Counted from the stretch's first letter, positions 38,178 to 53,600 are shown. The stretch is 64,000 nucleotides of DNA from Chloroflexota bacterium (GCA_027623675.1 JAQBVF010000020.1:12440-76439), one strand, 5' to 3'. Notes: generated by a model not told the origin, from the sequence alone. Translations and numbers: made by a program.

Positions 38178-38213
38178 GCCGCTAGGGGGGTCCGTCGTTC
38201 CCCTAGCGGCTTT
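38178..38213 (+). terminator. Intrinsic terminator after first amtB
   Basis: gccgctagggg / cccctagcggc followed by ttt. Confidence 0.7.
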
Positions 38214-38271
38214 CCGGCGTCTTAAGCAGCGTGAAATCTAACATCGCGGTTGGCCGGATGTTTGGCCGGAT

Positions 38272-38309
38272 GTAACAAACATTTAACAACTTGGCAAATT
38301 TTCTGTAAC
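38272..38309 (+). promoter_or_regulatory. Phased 11-bp direct repeats (GlnR-box-like) upstream of the small ORF and second amtB
   Basis: GTAAC-n6-TTAAC-n6-GCAAA-n6-GTAAC, same phasing as 36624-36683. Confidence 0.65.
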
Positions 38310-38355
38310 AACTCGGACGCAAACTAGACCTAACACTAAATCGGAGGAAAGACCA

Positions 38356-38439
38356 ATGATTGCAATCGTTGCAGCAGGGGCATTTGTGGGGCTGTTCGGG
38401 ATGTGGGTGGTTCTTCCTCGGATGTTCCTCCGCAAGTAA
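38356..38439 (+). CDS. 27-aa single-helix membrane peptide (below the ORF-track cutoff)
   Basis: GGAGGAAAGACCAATG start context; MIAIVAAGAFVGLFGMWVVLPRMFLRK*. Confidence 0.7.
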   Translation: MIAIVAAGAFVGLFGMWVVLPRMFLRK

Positions 38440-38598
38440 TTCCGGCACAGGTGATTCCTGAGTCATCGGCGCAGGCACGGGTCCGCCCTGGCGCCGGCGC
38501 ACCAAACAATACGTCAGGCCAGACAATCCATGCTAGCCGCTCCGGCGATGGCCTGGATTGTTTATTGTCTAAAGAAAAACGACGGCGGTGAAATAGGA

Positions 38599-39807
38599 AT
38601 GGATACGGGAGATACAGCTTGGATCCTGGCGGCCTCAGCGCTAGTGCTGCTGATGACGCCCGGAGTAGCATTTTTCTACGGTGGTCTGGTCCGTAAGAAG
38701 AACATCGTCTCAACCATCATGTACAGCTTCGTGAGCATGGGGCTGGTTGGGGTAGTATGGGTCCTCTGGGGCTACAGTTTGGCATTCGGCCCGGATGTGG
38801 GCGGGTTCATCGGAAACCTGGAGTGGTTCGGCCTGAAAGGTGTTTCGGCCGATGCCCCCGGCCCCTACTCAGACACGATTCCGCATCAGGCGTTCATGAT
38901 CTTCCAGGCCATGTTCGCCATCATCACCCCGGCCTTGGTTACTGGCGCATTCGCCGAGCGCATGAAATTTGGCGCTCTCTGCATCTTCATCGTTCTATGG
39001 GTGACCCTCGTCTATGCTCCGCTGGCCCACTGGGTCTGGGGCGGCGGGTGGCTGGGCGACGTTGGCGCGCTGGACTTCGCCGGCGGCACGGTGGTCCACA
39101 TCAGCGCTGGTGTTGGCGCTCTGGCCGCGGCCCTGATCATAGGCCGCAGGATCGGGTTCCTGGAACAGCCCATGGGACCGGCCAACGTGCCGATGGTGGT
39201 TCTGGGCGCCGGCCTGCTGTGGTTCGGCTGGTTCGGCTTCAACGCCGGTAGCAGCCTATCAGCCGACGGTGTGGCAACCAACGCATTCGTGGTGACCAAC
39301 ACCGCCGCGGCCGCAGCCATGATGGCTTGGTTGATGATGTCGTGGCTGATCGACAAGAAACCCAGCGCGGTGGGCGCGGCTTCCGGAGCGGTGGCGGGCC
39401 TGGTGGCCATCACGCCTGCAGCCGGCTTCGTCGGTCCCATGCCGGCATTGGTCATCGGCTTTGGCGCGGGCGTATTCTGCTACAGCATGGTCAAGTTGCT
39501 GCTTCGCCTCAGGGTAGACGACGCGCTGGCGGTGTTTGGCGTCCACGGCATCGGTGGCGTTTGGGGTGCGCTGGCCACCGGTCTCTTCGTTGGGGTGGGC
39601 TACTCGGCGCTGGGTGACGGCGTCAGCCGTGGGGAGCAGGTCGTTGACCAGTTGATCGGCATCGGAGCGGCCGCCGGTTGGTCGTTCGTGGTGACTGGGG
39701 CCATCATGTTGGCCTTGAAATACACCATCGGGATCAGCGCCGACGAGGAGAGTGAGGGCGCAGGCCTGGATATCTCCGAACACGGTGAGGCGGCCTACGA
39801 GCCTTAG
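38599..39807 (+). CDS. amtB: Ammonium transporter
   Basis: MDTGDTAW, MTPGVAFFYGG, FQAMFA, DFAGGTVVH, WFGWFGFN, DDALAVFGVHG. Confidence 0.96.
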   Translation: MDTGDTAWILAASALVLLMTPGVAFFYGGLVRKKNIVSTIMYSFVSMGLVGVVWVLWGYSLAFGPDVGGFIGNLEWFGLKGVSADAPGPYSDTIPHQAFMIFQAMFAIITPALVTGAFAERMKFGALCIFIVLWVTLVYAPLAHWVWGGGWLGDVGALDFAGGTVVHISAGVGALAAALIIGRRIGFLEQPMGPANVPMVVLGAGLLWFGWFGFNAGSSLSADGVATNAFVVTNTAAAAAMMAWLMMSWLIDKKPSAVGAASGAVAGLVAITPAAGFVGPMPALVIGFGAGVFCYSMVKLLLRLRVDDALAVFGVHGIGGVWGALATGLFVGVGYSALGDGVSRGEQVVDQLIGIGAAAGWSFVVTGAIMLALKYTIGISADEESEGAGLDISEHGEAAYEP

Positions 39808-39836
39808 CCGCCCGCTGGTTTCCAAGGGGGACGTCG

Positions 39837-39882
39837 AATGGGCAGTGTTGGCAAGACCGGTCAACACTGCCCATTATTTTTT
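39837..39882 (+). terminator. Intrinsic terminator after second amtB
   Basis: aatgggcagtgttg / caacactgcccatt followed by a T-tract. Confidence 0.85.
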
Positions 39883-40009
39883 GAGGCGAGCGGCCGATCA
39901 CGACGACGTGGCTGTGGTAAAGCCGGTATACTTAATCCCAGAAGGCGATCAGATTGCGGGGACGCCGGCGGTAGCCGTCGGCCCGACTATCGAAGGACTG
40001 GTCTATAGG

Positions 40010-41353
40010 ATGAGCATGGACTCAGAGCGGGCTGCGGAGCGAGACTTCGTGGTGCGCACCGCCCGGGAGAATGACGTTAAGTTCATTCGATTGTGGTTCA
40101 CCGACATTCTGGGCCATCTGAAGGGATTCGCGATCACCGTGGAGGACCTGGAAGACGCCATCATGCATGGTGTGGGCTTCGACGGGGCCGCTATCGAAGG
40201 CTTCGCCCGCATCGATGAAAGCGACATGCGCGCCTTTCCCGACCCGACAACGTTCACCATCCTCCCCTGGCGTCCTCGGCAGAATGCCGTGGCCCGGATG
40301 TTTTGCGACATACGCACCCCGGCCGGCGAATCGTTCATCGGCGACCCTCGCTACGCTCTGAAACGTAACCTGGAACGCCTGGCCCGAAGCGGGTACACCT
40401 ACTACGTGGGTCCCGAATTGGAATTTTTCTATCTAAAGGATTCTGTATCGGCCGAGCCGCTGGACCAGCAGGGCTATTACGACCAGGTTTCCAGCCATCC
40501 GGCGGCGAACCTGCGCCGGGACACGGTCTTGAATCTGGCCGACATGGGGATACCGGTTAAGTACTCCCACCACGAGGGCGCCCCCAGCCAGCACGAGATC
40601 GACCTGCAATACACCGATGCACTGACCATGGCCGACAACGTGATGACCGCCAAGCTGGTCATCAAAGAACTGGCCCAATTGCAGTCGGCCTACGCCACGT
40701 TCATGCCCAAGCCGATCTCGGGGATGAACGGGTCTGGCATGCACATACACCAGTCGCTGTTCCAGGGTGACAAGAACACTTTCTTTGACCCCGATGATGA
40801 ACACCACCTGTCGCTGACGGGCAAACGGTTCATCGCCGGTCTGTTGCACCACGCCCCGGAGATCACCCTCGTAACCAACCAATGGGTCAACTCTTACAAA
40901 CGCTTGGTTCCCGGGTTCGAGGCCCCGGCGTTCATATCTTGGGCCCACGTGAGCCGTTCCGACCTGGTCCGCGTCCCCGCCCACAAGCCCGGCTACGAGA
41001 GCTCCATGCGCGTTGAATACCGCGCTCCGGACCCGGCCTGCAATCCATATCTGGCATTCAGCGTAATGTTGGCGGCCGGCTTCAAGGGCATCGAGCAGGA
41101 ATACCCGGTGCCGCCCGCGGTGGAAGGCAACGTGTTCGCAATGTCGGCGGAAGAGCGCGCGGCCAAGGGAATCAGATCCCTGCCCGGCAGTCTGGGCGAG
41201 GCGATCGCGTTGGCTGAAGGCAGTGAGTTGCTCAAGGAGGCGTTGGGCGAACATATCGTCCGCAGCGTCATCCAGAACAAGACCATGGAGTGGAACGAAT
41301 ACCGGGCCACCGTGACCGACTACGAGACATCGAGGTATCTGCCGATCCTCTAG
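40010..41353 (+). CDS. glnA: Glutamine synthetase type I (alpha-type)
   Basis: FIRLWFTDILG, FDG..IEGF, GPELEFF, HHE.APSQHEI, ATFMPKP..NGSGMH, NSYKRLVPG, RVEYR.PD..CNPY. Confidence 0.94.
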   Translation: MSMDSERAAERDFVVRTARENDVKFIRLWFTDILGHLKGFAITVEDLEDAIMHGVGFDGAAIEGFARIDESDMRAFPDPTTFTILPWRPRQNAVARMFCDIRTPAGESFIGDPRYALKRNLERLARSGYTYYVGPELEFFYLKDSVSAEPLDQQGYYDQVSSHPAANLRRDTVLNLADMGIPVKYSHHEGAPSQHEIDLQYTDALTMADNVMTAKLVIKELAQLQSAYATFMPKPISGMNGSGMHIHQSLFQGDKNTFFDPDDEHHLSLTGKRFIAGLLHHAPEITLVTNQWVNSYKRLVPGFEAPAFISWAHVSRSDLVRVPAHKPGYESSMRVEYRAPDPACNPYLAFSVMLAAGFKGIEQEYPVPPAVEGNVFAMSAEERAAKGIRSLPGSLGEAIALAEGSELLKEALGEHIVRSVIQNKTMEWNEYRATVTDYETSRYLPIL

Positions 41354-41397
41354 CGGTTGTCACTCGGATGACCAGGCGGAACGTGGTTGGTCTTTGC

Positions 41398-43359
41398 TTA
41401 CTTGGCCGGCGAGACCTCGAGGGTGTATCCGGCTTGTTCCCGGGTCTTTTCGGCCAGCAAACCCACGGCTACCACCAGCCGCTCACCGTCTTTTAGCGTG
41501 GGGAGTGCCAACACCCCGAAGTTGTCCGCATTCAGCGGCATCTGCCGCACCACGGGCGCATCCCCAATGGTAATCACCTGGACCTGGAAATTCTGACGCA
41601 CCACGTTGTCGGTGAACTCAAACCCCGAGGCATTCCAACCTGTGTCTTCACCCGTGATTCCCGCTGCCTCGATGGTTAGGCCGCGGAAGCAGGCCCCGCT
41701 TCCGTTGATGGCATCGTCGGTTATATATTGCAGCCGCACCAAGATGTCTCGGCCCGCGTATGCGGTCAGGTCGATCGATTCCTCGACCCAACCACCGCTG
41801 TGGCCGGTGTAGCCGGGGCCGAACCCGCTGCCGATGGGGTTCTCTTGTGAGGTCGCGCTGGTTTCAAATATCCGCCAGGTATGTCCGCCGTCCACCGACA
41901 CTTCGACGTAAGCGTAATCCCAGTCCTTTTCGATCTCGAACCAGACCTCGTACCGCAATGCGGCCTCTTCTCCGGCCGGCAGGCTGACCCGGCGGGCCAA
42001 AGTGGAATCGATGGAATCGCCCGAGTTGCTCCACCAACAGCCTGCGCCCACGTCGATGGGCAGCAATGGCGTTGTGGCCGGACCCTGAAAGGACAGGGAT
42101 GAGCCCTCGGGGACCAACTTTAATTCGGTATATTCCACCCCGTACTGCGACAACCGTGACTCAAACTGACCAGACCCGTCGATTTTTCTGGATATATCTG
42201 CCCCGGCGCTCATGTCGGCGTAGCCCAAGATGCCAGCTCCGTCGATAATGTTGGCGGCCGCCCACTCCCGGAACACATCATCGAACCGCGCATCATAGCC
42301 GAGAGCGGCCAGGTAGCCGTTGATGCCCGCGATCCCGTCTTCCGGCTGGGCCAACAGGCGCTTGAGGCTGTCGCGGCCGCCGTAGTGCTCGGTCAAGAAG
42401 TGCATGAACAGAGACGCCGCGCCGTAGTTGCCGATGCTTCCGACGGACGAGAGCGGCCAGTGGACCAAAGACGTGGTTGGGTCACTTAGGTATTGACCGA
42501 CCGAGAAGCGGGAATCGAAGGCGATGCTGCTGGATAGCTCAGCCAGTCCCTCATTGACCCAGGTGTCCTCTGAGTTGTCGGCATTCCAGTGGATCGCATG
42601 CTGAAGTTCATGGGCTAGGACCTGGTCGTAGTTCGCGGCGCCCGGCGGAACGCTAACCGCGTTGACGTAGATCATCTCGCGCTCGTTGCTTCTGGGCCTG
42701 ACTGCGGCGGGATATTCGTCGGTGGAACTGAAATATCCGGCCACGCCCCTGATGCTCGCGTTCAGAATGTTTAGGTGAGGGTCATTGTCGATGCCTGGGC
42801 TCCATTCGGAGCCAAATACCTGGGTGACCGCCGGGTAGGTGTTTTCTTCAAACAGCGCCGCGGACCGTTCCAACCGCTCGCGGTCGATGTCCAGACCATA
42901 TTCAACGTACCAATAGGCGCGAGGAGTGACTAGGACCAGCTCGAAATCGCTCTGATAGGCCCTGGGATTGGCCAGGTCCACCAGCCAAAATGTATCGGTC
43001 CGCCCCGCCTCTAATGGGACGCCGGACCCAGATGGTGTCCTGGAGATGCTGCCGCTGCCGGGCACGAGTTCTTCGGTCAGCCGGAACAGGTCCCGGTCGG
43101 GGGCATCGCTGAATTGAAGAGCGGGGCCTGCCTCGGCCGGGGTTGACGGGACCGCCGGCTGCGGCCCTGATGTGGGCGAAACGGCAATAGTTGGGAGATT
43201 TTGGTCCGGTGTGTCGGTGGCAGGAGGAGAGGCGGTCTCGGTGAATCCGGCGCTTGGGGTCATGACGGTCGCAGCTTCACGGGACTGACCGGTACAAGCG
43301 GCAAGGCCCGCGGCGGCGAGAAGGATGGCGATGCAGATCAGGTATCTGGTTTTCGGCAT
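41398..43359 (-). CDS. Lipoprotein zinc metallopeptidase (immune inhibitor A / M6-M30-like)
   Basis: Lipobox LAAC, AHELQH..W(V)NEGLAE, WDYAYVEVSVDGG and LQYITDD cleaved-adhesin-like domain. Confidence 0.8.
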   Translation of the reverse strand: MPKTRYLICIAILLAAAGLAACTGQSREAATVMTPSAGFTETASPPATDTPDQNLPTIAVSPTSGPQPAVPSTPAEAGPALQFSDAPDRDLFRLTEELVPGSGSISRTPSGSGVPLEAGRTDTFWLVDLANPRAYQSDFELVLVTPRAYWYVEYGLDIDRERLERSAALFEENTYPAVTQVFGSEWSPGIDNDPHLNILNASIRGVAGYFSSTDEYPAAVRPRSNEREMIYVNAVSVPPGAANYDQVLAHELQHAIHWNADNSEDTWVNEGLAELSSSIAFDSRFSVGQYLSDPTTSLVHWPLSSVGSIGNYGAASLFMHFLTEHYGGRDSLKRLLAQPEDGIAGINGYLAALGYDARFDDVFREWAAANIIDGAGILGYADMSAGADISRKIDGSGQFESRLSQYGVEYTELKLVPEGSSLSFQGPATTPLLPIDVGAGCWWSNSGDSIDSTLARRVSLPAGEEAALRYEVWFEIEKDWDYAYVEVSVDGGHTWRIFETSATSQENPIGSGFGPGYTGHSGGWVEESIDLTAYAGRDILVRLQYITDDAINGSGACFRGLTIEAAGITGEDTGWNASGFEFTDNVVRQNFQVQVITIGDAPVVRQMPLNADNFGVLALPTLKDGERLVVAVGLLAEKTREQAGYTLEVSPAK

Positions 43360-43405
43360 GCTCGGCAGGTGCAACGAAAATGGGTGAGTTAGCGGGCGTT
43401 GGGGA

Positions 43406-43975
43406 TTAATTTCCTATCACGTTAAAGCGGTTCATGGCGACGTCTATGTTCTCTTCCAACATGCATTGTACTGCGGCGGCCGCATCCTGGATCGCCTGGG
43501 CGATGAGCGGCTCTTCTTCTTTGGTGAACCGGCCCAGCACATGGGGTATGTTTTCGCCGGCCTGGCCCGGCTGGCCAACCCCGATTCGCAGACGTGGAAA
43601 TTCTTCTGATTGTACGGATGCGATGATGGATCGGATGCCGTTGTGCCCCGCGTGACTGCCGCCCGTGCGGAGCCTGATCCGGCCAACTGGCAAGGCCATT
43701 TCGTCGTAGACCACCAGTAGGTCTGAAGGGCGTCCGCCGAACCGGGCCAACAGATATTCGATCCCTTCACCGCTGTTGTTCATGAAGGTGCGTGGTTTCG
43801 CCAGCACCACATCGTGCCCGGCGATCCGCCCCTGGCCCAGGATGGCCTTTTCGCGCCGGTCGTTCAAGCGTATATCCGACTGTTTGGCGACCAGGTCAAT
43901 GAACCGGAACCCCACGTTGTGCCGAGTCGAAGCGTAACGTGTGCCGGGATTGCCCAGGCCGACGATGAGGAGCAT
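43406..43975 (-). CDS. pth: Peptidyl-tRNA hydrolase
   Basis: IVGLGNPG..Y..TRHNVG, KPRTFMNNSG, GHNGIRS, RLRIGVG. Confidence 0.96.
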   Translation of the reverse strand: MLLIVGLGNPGTRYASTRHNVGFRFIDLVAKQSDIRLNDRREKAILGQGRIAGHDVVLAKPRTFMNNSGEGIEYLLARFGGRPSDLLVVYDEMALPVGRIRLRTGGSHAGHNGIRSIIASVQSEEFPRLRIGVGQPGQAGENIPHVLGRFTKEEEPLIAQAIQDAAAAVQCMLEENIDVAMNRFNVIGN

Positions 43976-43977
43976 GT

Positions 43978-48077
<4,100 letters not shown>

Positions 48078-48414
48078 TTATAGTGAATTACCTGGCTGAG
48101 CACGATTATAATATATTCCCACCGTAGGTTCTCTCTAGAGGCGTCATCCTTATGTGGACTCCGTCCAACTGAGGATGACGCCCCGTCCACACCGGAGATT
48201 CTTCCATAACCGCACACGTCGCGGCCTCGATCCGAGATCGGATGCTGAACGATCACGGTTTCGACGTAGATACCGGAGATTGCTTACCCACAGGGGAAAC
48301 GAATCGATACTAATTTCGCGCTCTGGCATCACGAGACAAGTCAGAGATACCAAACTCCCGGGGACTGGATCGAGGTTATGATTCCTCCAATAGCGAAGAT
48401 AACAAGGAGCCGGA

Positions 48415-49584
48415 ATGGAAGTCGCTAGCCGTATGTTGCATCTGGGCACCGACGGAGCTTTCGAGATGTTAGCCCAGGCTCAGGCACTAGAATCCCAGGG
48501 TAAAGAGATCATCCATCTGGAGATTGGCGATCCCGACTTCCCAACTCCAAGGCACATCGTAGAGGCTGGCATGCAAGCGCTTCGCGACGGCATGACCCAT
48601 TACAGCGCGACGGCCGGAATGCCGGAATTGCGGGAGGCGATCGCGTTAAACAGCCGCGAAATCCGGGGGGGAGACACTGAACCGGGCAATGTGGTGGTGA
48701 CGCCTGGGACCAAACCCTTGGTGCTATACCTGCTGCTTGCCCTGGCCGGACCCGGGGTTGAGATCATCTATCCAGACCCGGGAAACCCCGTATACGAGTC
48801 GCTGATTAGATTTGCCGGGGCCTCTCCAGTGCCGGTCCAACTCCTGGAGAAAAATGGCTACCATCCAGATCTTGATGCCTTAGCCGGATCGATCACCGAC
48901 AAAACTCGGGTCATGATTCTCAATTCCCCCGGTGATCCCTGCGGTTCAGTCCTGACCAAGCAAGAATCGGAAGCCATCGCAAGCCTGGTGCTGAAGCATC
49001 CTGAGCTGTACGTGTTGTCCGATGAGACTTACAAGGACACTCTCTACGCCGGGGAGCATCACAGCATCTCGTCCATACCAGGGATGCGGGAACGGACGAT
49101 CGTTCTAGACGGTTTCTCCAAGAATTACGCCATGGCTGGGTGGCGCTTGGGGTACGGGATACTACCGGAAGAACTGGTGGCCCCCGTGGTTAAACTGGCT
49201 AACAACCACATCTCTTGCACGGCCACATTCACCCAACACGCAGGCGTGGCTGCGTTGGAGGGCCCTCAAGATTGCTTGCACGAAATGACCGCTGAATTCG
49301 CCAACCGGCGGCGGTTGATTGTGGATGGCTTAAAAAGCATCCCTGGCGTTGACTGCCCGGAGCCTGAAGGGGCGTTCTACGTCTTTCCAAGCGTCAAGAA
49401 TACTGGGATGACCAGCACAGAATTCCAAAACCGAGCTTTGAATGAGGCCGGAGTCGCGCTGCTCTCGGGTGCGGGTTTCGGCGACTTGGGCGAGGGTTAC
49501 GTTCGGCTTTCTTACGCGAACTCTCAGGAAAACATAATCAGGGCTATCGACCAGCTTGACCGGTTCGTGCGGTCGTCCACCTGA
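48415..49584 (+). CDS. PLP-dependent aminotransferase class I/II
   Basis: IGDPDFPTP, LSDETY, GFSKNYAMAGWRLGY, VRLSYA. Confidence 0.93.
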   Translation: MEVASRMLHLGTDGAFEMLAQAQALESQGKEIIHLEIGDPDFPTPRHIVEAGMQALRDGMTHYSATAGMPELREAIALNSREIRGGDTEPGNVVVTPGTKPLVLYLLLALAGPGVEIIYPDPGNPVYESLIRFAGASPVPVQLLEKNGYHPDLDALAGSITDKTRVMILNSPGDPCGSVLTKQESEAIASLVLKHPELYVLSDETYKDTLYAGEHHSISSIPGMRERTIVLDGFSKNYAMAGWRLGYGILPEELVAPVVKLANNHISCTATFTQHAGVAALEGPQDCLHEMTAEFANRRRLIVDGLKSIPGVDCPEPEGAFYVFPSVKNTGMTSTEFQNRALNEAGVALLSGAGFGDLGEGYVRLSYANSQENIIRAIDQLDRFVRSST

Positions 49585-49646
49585 GGCGGCATGTTTGATG
49601 GCCGGGTTTCCTTCGGACTGGGTCTGTAAGCTTTCCCTGTCGGTAT

Positions 49647-50354
49647 CTACCTGCCTCTAGAATTCAGGTAGTTCTCCGCTCGGTGTAGGTCGTCAAAGGA
49701 ATCTATACCGATCCAGAATTTGTTGGATTTCACTCCCAATATCCGCGATCTGCGGGCCAGACCGGGGAAGGTATGCGTTTCATGGTCACCGATCTCAGGG
49801 AAATCATCGGCGACCCTCCCTTCCATCACGTATAGACCCGCGTTAACCCAATAGGGCAAATGAGGGCTGTCTTCAAAGTCCAGGATCTGGTCTTGGTGAT
49901 CCATCTGTATCACGCTATAGGGGCTAACAAATGGAACCACCATCATGGTCACCAGATGCGAAGGATTCTTTTTGGTCCGCTCGTCGTGACGCCGTAGCAA
50001 CGTCATCAACGGTTCTTCGGTGATGGTGTCGCCATTGGTGACTACGATGGGAGCGGTCGCATCAGTTACGACGGATAGTCCTTTCTTGACGGCTCCTCCT
50101 CTGCCCAGAGGCGAATCTTCAACGCTGTAATGGGCTCGAATCCCAAATGCCTGGCCATCTTGAAAGTGGTCTCGAACCGATTGCCAGCGGTATCCAACCA
50201 GGAATACCACCTCTGTAACTCCGCCGTCTCTGAGCCATTCCACCTGGTATTCCAGGACCGGACGGCCATTTAGAGGCGCCATCGGTTTCGGAATATTGTC
50301 CGTAAGTGGGCGAAGCCGTTCGCCCCGCCCCCCCGCTAATATCAAACCAAACAA
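49647..50354 (-). CDS. Sugar-phosphate nucleotidyltransferase family protein
   Basis: ILAGGRGERLRPLT..PKP, PLGRGG, NGD. Confidence 0.9.
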   Translation of the reverse strand: MFGLILAGGRGERLRPLTDNIPKPMAPLNGRPVLEYQVEWLRDGGVTEVVFLVGYRWQSVRDHFQDGQAFGIRAHYSVEDSPLGRGGAVKKGLSVVTDATAPIVVTNGDTITEEPLMTLLRRHDERTKKNPSHLVTMMVVPFVSPYSVIQMDHQDQILDFEDSPHLPYWVNAGLYVMEGRVADDFPEIGDHETHTFPGLARRSRILGVKSNKFWIGIDSFDDLHRAENYLNSRGR

Positions 50355-50597
50355 ATTTCACCTTGCTTCAACCGCATTGGGCGGACCACTTCGATTGGCT
50401 CATCTGACATTACCCCGAAGTTAGTAACGTTGACCAGCGGACCTGTCCGGCAACCGCTGCAACGACCTCTTCCGGCGGTTTTCCGGCCCGGCATCACTGA
50501 GTCCCCACTTCGACATCCCATTCTAGCGGAGGGCTTTACTCTCCAGCGATGCTGGTTCTGGGGTAGGCCGGAGCCGATTTTATAGCCACCGGTATTC

Positions 50598-50634
50598 AAA
50601 AAGATAAGGCCAGCGGTCTGACCGCTGGCCTTAT
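50598..50634 (-). terminator. Probable intrinsic terminator
   Basis: ataaggccagcggt / accgctggccttat palindrome with A-tract on +. Confidence 0.65.
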
Positions 50635-50686
50635 GAAACCTGTTGCCGTGTCTATTTACAGGCCGGGGGGGTCATCTGACTCTCGA

Positions 50687-53600
50687 TCAGTCGAAATGCG
50701 TGACCGCGTTCAGGGTGAAAAACCCCGCGTTACGGTAGTCCAGCGGAGGGGCCCGCAACCCGCTGATTGACTTGGCGGTCTCAAAGTCGGCCAATGACTG
50801 TTCTTGTTTTCCAAGGACGTGGTACAGGACTCCCCGGTTCGTAAAGTACGTGGCGTTTCCCGGGTCTAGTCGGATCGCTGTATCGAAATCGGTTAAGGCA
50901 GACTCGAATTCCTGGAAGGTTGCGTAGGCCTTGGCGCGTGTGTAATAGAAATTTGGCGTGTCCGGCTTGATCCGGATCGCTTCGCCTATCTCCGAAAACG
51001 CCTTATCGTACTCGCCAAAATAGGCGTAAATCTCACCACGGTCGGCGTAATGCTGTGGGCTCGGAAGTTTTAGTCCCTCAGACATATCTAGGACTTCCCG
51101 CGCGGACTCTTTCGCCTCCAACCGAGCGAGAATCTCGGCGCGAATCAAGTATGCCAAGCCAAGGTCCGGGTCCAACAAACTCGCATTTTCCGCAAGCGCT
51201 AGACCCTCCGTCAGGTTTCCAGCCGACGACTGATATTCGGCGTAATAAGCGTTGATCAGCGCATTTTGAGGAGAGCGCCTAAGCGCGGAAGCCAGGTCTG
51301 ACCGGGAGTTTCGGCCGACGATGAACCCTCCCCGGATAGTGATGTCATTCTTGAAAGCCACGAAACCTAGGGTCGCCAGCACTTCATCCATGGAGAAGCC
51401 AAGGCTATAACTTTTCTCGATGTCGTTGAAGGCAAGTGCTCCTTCTCCCGTGGCGAAGTAAGCAAGTCCCCGATAAAAGAGTGCGATCGCGTCCTCAGGG
51501 TTTTGCCTGATCTGTTCGGTGAAATAATCCACGTCGGATTCAACCCCGAGACTCGCGTGGATCTCGCGAATCAGATTGACTGCCGGCGGCGTCCCCCCTG
51601 TGGGGTAATTTATAGCGAGGCCACGTTTGAGCGTTGCGATCGCTTCTTCGTACCGTCCAAGTCCCTCCAACGCCCGTCCCTTGAGGTAGTAGGTGGGGAT
51701 CGCTAGATCTATATCGCCGGTGATCGCCAAAGAAAAGTTCAATTGGGTCAAAGCTTCTTCGTATAGGCCAACGTCTATCTGAGATTCAGCCAAGTCGTTT
51801 CGGACCGGCCATGCGTTGGGGACCATGCTGACCGCGATTGAATATAATTCTCGAGCCGCGTCATTCAACTGCAGATTGAATGCAGAGTTCGCGGCGGCGA
51901 TCCGGGCGCGATAGTTGAACGGCTGCATTTCGATAGATTCCAGGTTGGATTGCAAACTCTGGTTGGCCAGGCATACCTCATAGGGCAGGTCCACCTGCCG
52001 GCTGCATCCGGGCTCGGTGAACAAGTCGGGTTGCAGTTGATAGTTCAGGTACACCTGCGCCCGGTTGTTGTAGTAATTGGGAACACCGGGAGCCAATGCG
52101 ATGGCTTTATCAAGCTGCACCACGGTGCTATCAAGATCGCCGTCCCGAAAATATTCCAGGGCTTGGCCCTCGGCGACGGATGCTCGAACGGAATTGATGC
52201 TCTTCTGCCAAGTTACAACACCGATCCCACCGGCCAACCAGGCGACGATCGCCAATCTGAACATCAAGCCGGCGGCGCCGGACTGGGCTGATGAGGCGGA
52301 CGCCGTCCTGCGCCGGTTTCTGCGGCCCTCGCGACGAGTATTCGGAGGGGGTGCGTCGGGCACTGAGTCCTCCCGCACGCTCTCGAATCTCACCAAGGCC
52401 GCGAACACCCCGAACAAGACCCAGAGAACGGTCAGGTCAGAGACTTTTGCCACCCCGACCATCATTTCCAAAAAGCGCCCTGCGATTACGGCTGCCAACC
52501 CGAAAAGTACCAGTTGGTATACCGGGTTGGCCGTGCGCCGCCGCCGCAGTAAATGATGCCCGGCTACCCCAAATACTGTCGCGAACAGCGCCAGGGCAGC
52601 CACTCCGCCGAATATGCCTTGCTCGACCGTCTGGTGTATGAAGAAGTTGTGGGCATTGTCCGGTTCCAACGGCAGAAAGTTAAATTCATCAGGCGGGCTT
52701 TCTAGAAGATAGGTATACCTGAATAGGTCCGGCCCGTAGCCAACCAGCGGCCTTAGCCAACGAAAATGAAGCTCATCAAATTCGAACCAAGGGCGGTGTT
52801 TGATCAGCTCCCACGACACTTTCCAGTGGGTACCCCTGCCACCGATGAATCCACCCAGAACATCGGTCTTGATCGATCCGATCCTTTGGGTGAGTTGGGC
52901 GGCCGTTGAGCCGGAGTCTCCTCCTCCGCCGGAGGATTCGGCTGCCCCTCTATTCGCCAAGGCGGAGGGACCGATAACCACCGCGCCTGCTATCACAACC
53001 GCCGCTCCCAATGCCACGATCAATACGGTTGCCCGCGCGAACCGCCGGATGACGAGCAGCGTTACGTAGGCGCCGGCCAGGCCTAGTAACATGATGACGG
53101 CGCCCAGCCACGGGCCGGCATTGACGATGCTTACGTTCCCTTGCAGGTGCAGAAACCCGGCCAGGAGAATGCCGGCAAGGCCCACGATCAAGCTTGTTCG
53201 TATCAGCGTTCTTAGCCCCATTGAGACGGCAATAAGGCCTAGAAAGACGACTATCGCCAACACCGCTCCGCCCCAAGGGCCCCTAGAGAAGGTGAACATC
53301 AAACCCAGGAGCTGAACGCTCAATATCAGGGCCCAAAGGGCTGTGGCGACCGTGTCCTTTTCCAACTGCCCCAATCTTCGCAACGGACCCAGATCAGCCC
53401 AGTTCTCATGGTGGAGATTTATCACGGCAACCATGATGGTTACGGGGATCGTCATGGCCAAGACCGCCCCCGCGAAGATGGTGTTGCCCATGAAAATGGT
53501 GACCCGTGCCGATCCTCCGCCTGTTTCTTCCGTGAGGCCTAAAAAGTCGTTGCCGTAATGCTGCATCACGCCATAGGAGCCGACCACAACGCCCATCAGA

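Noticed and set aside
38250..38273. 12-bp direct duplication ttggccggatgt x2
   Set aside because: Real but only two copies; probably a local slippage with no further support for function.
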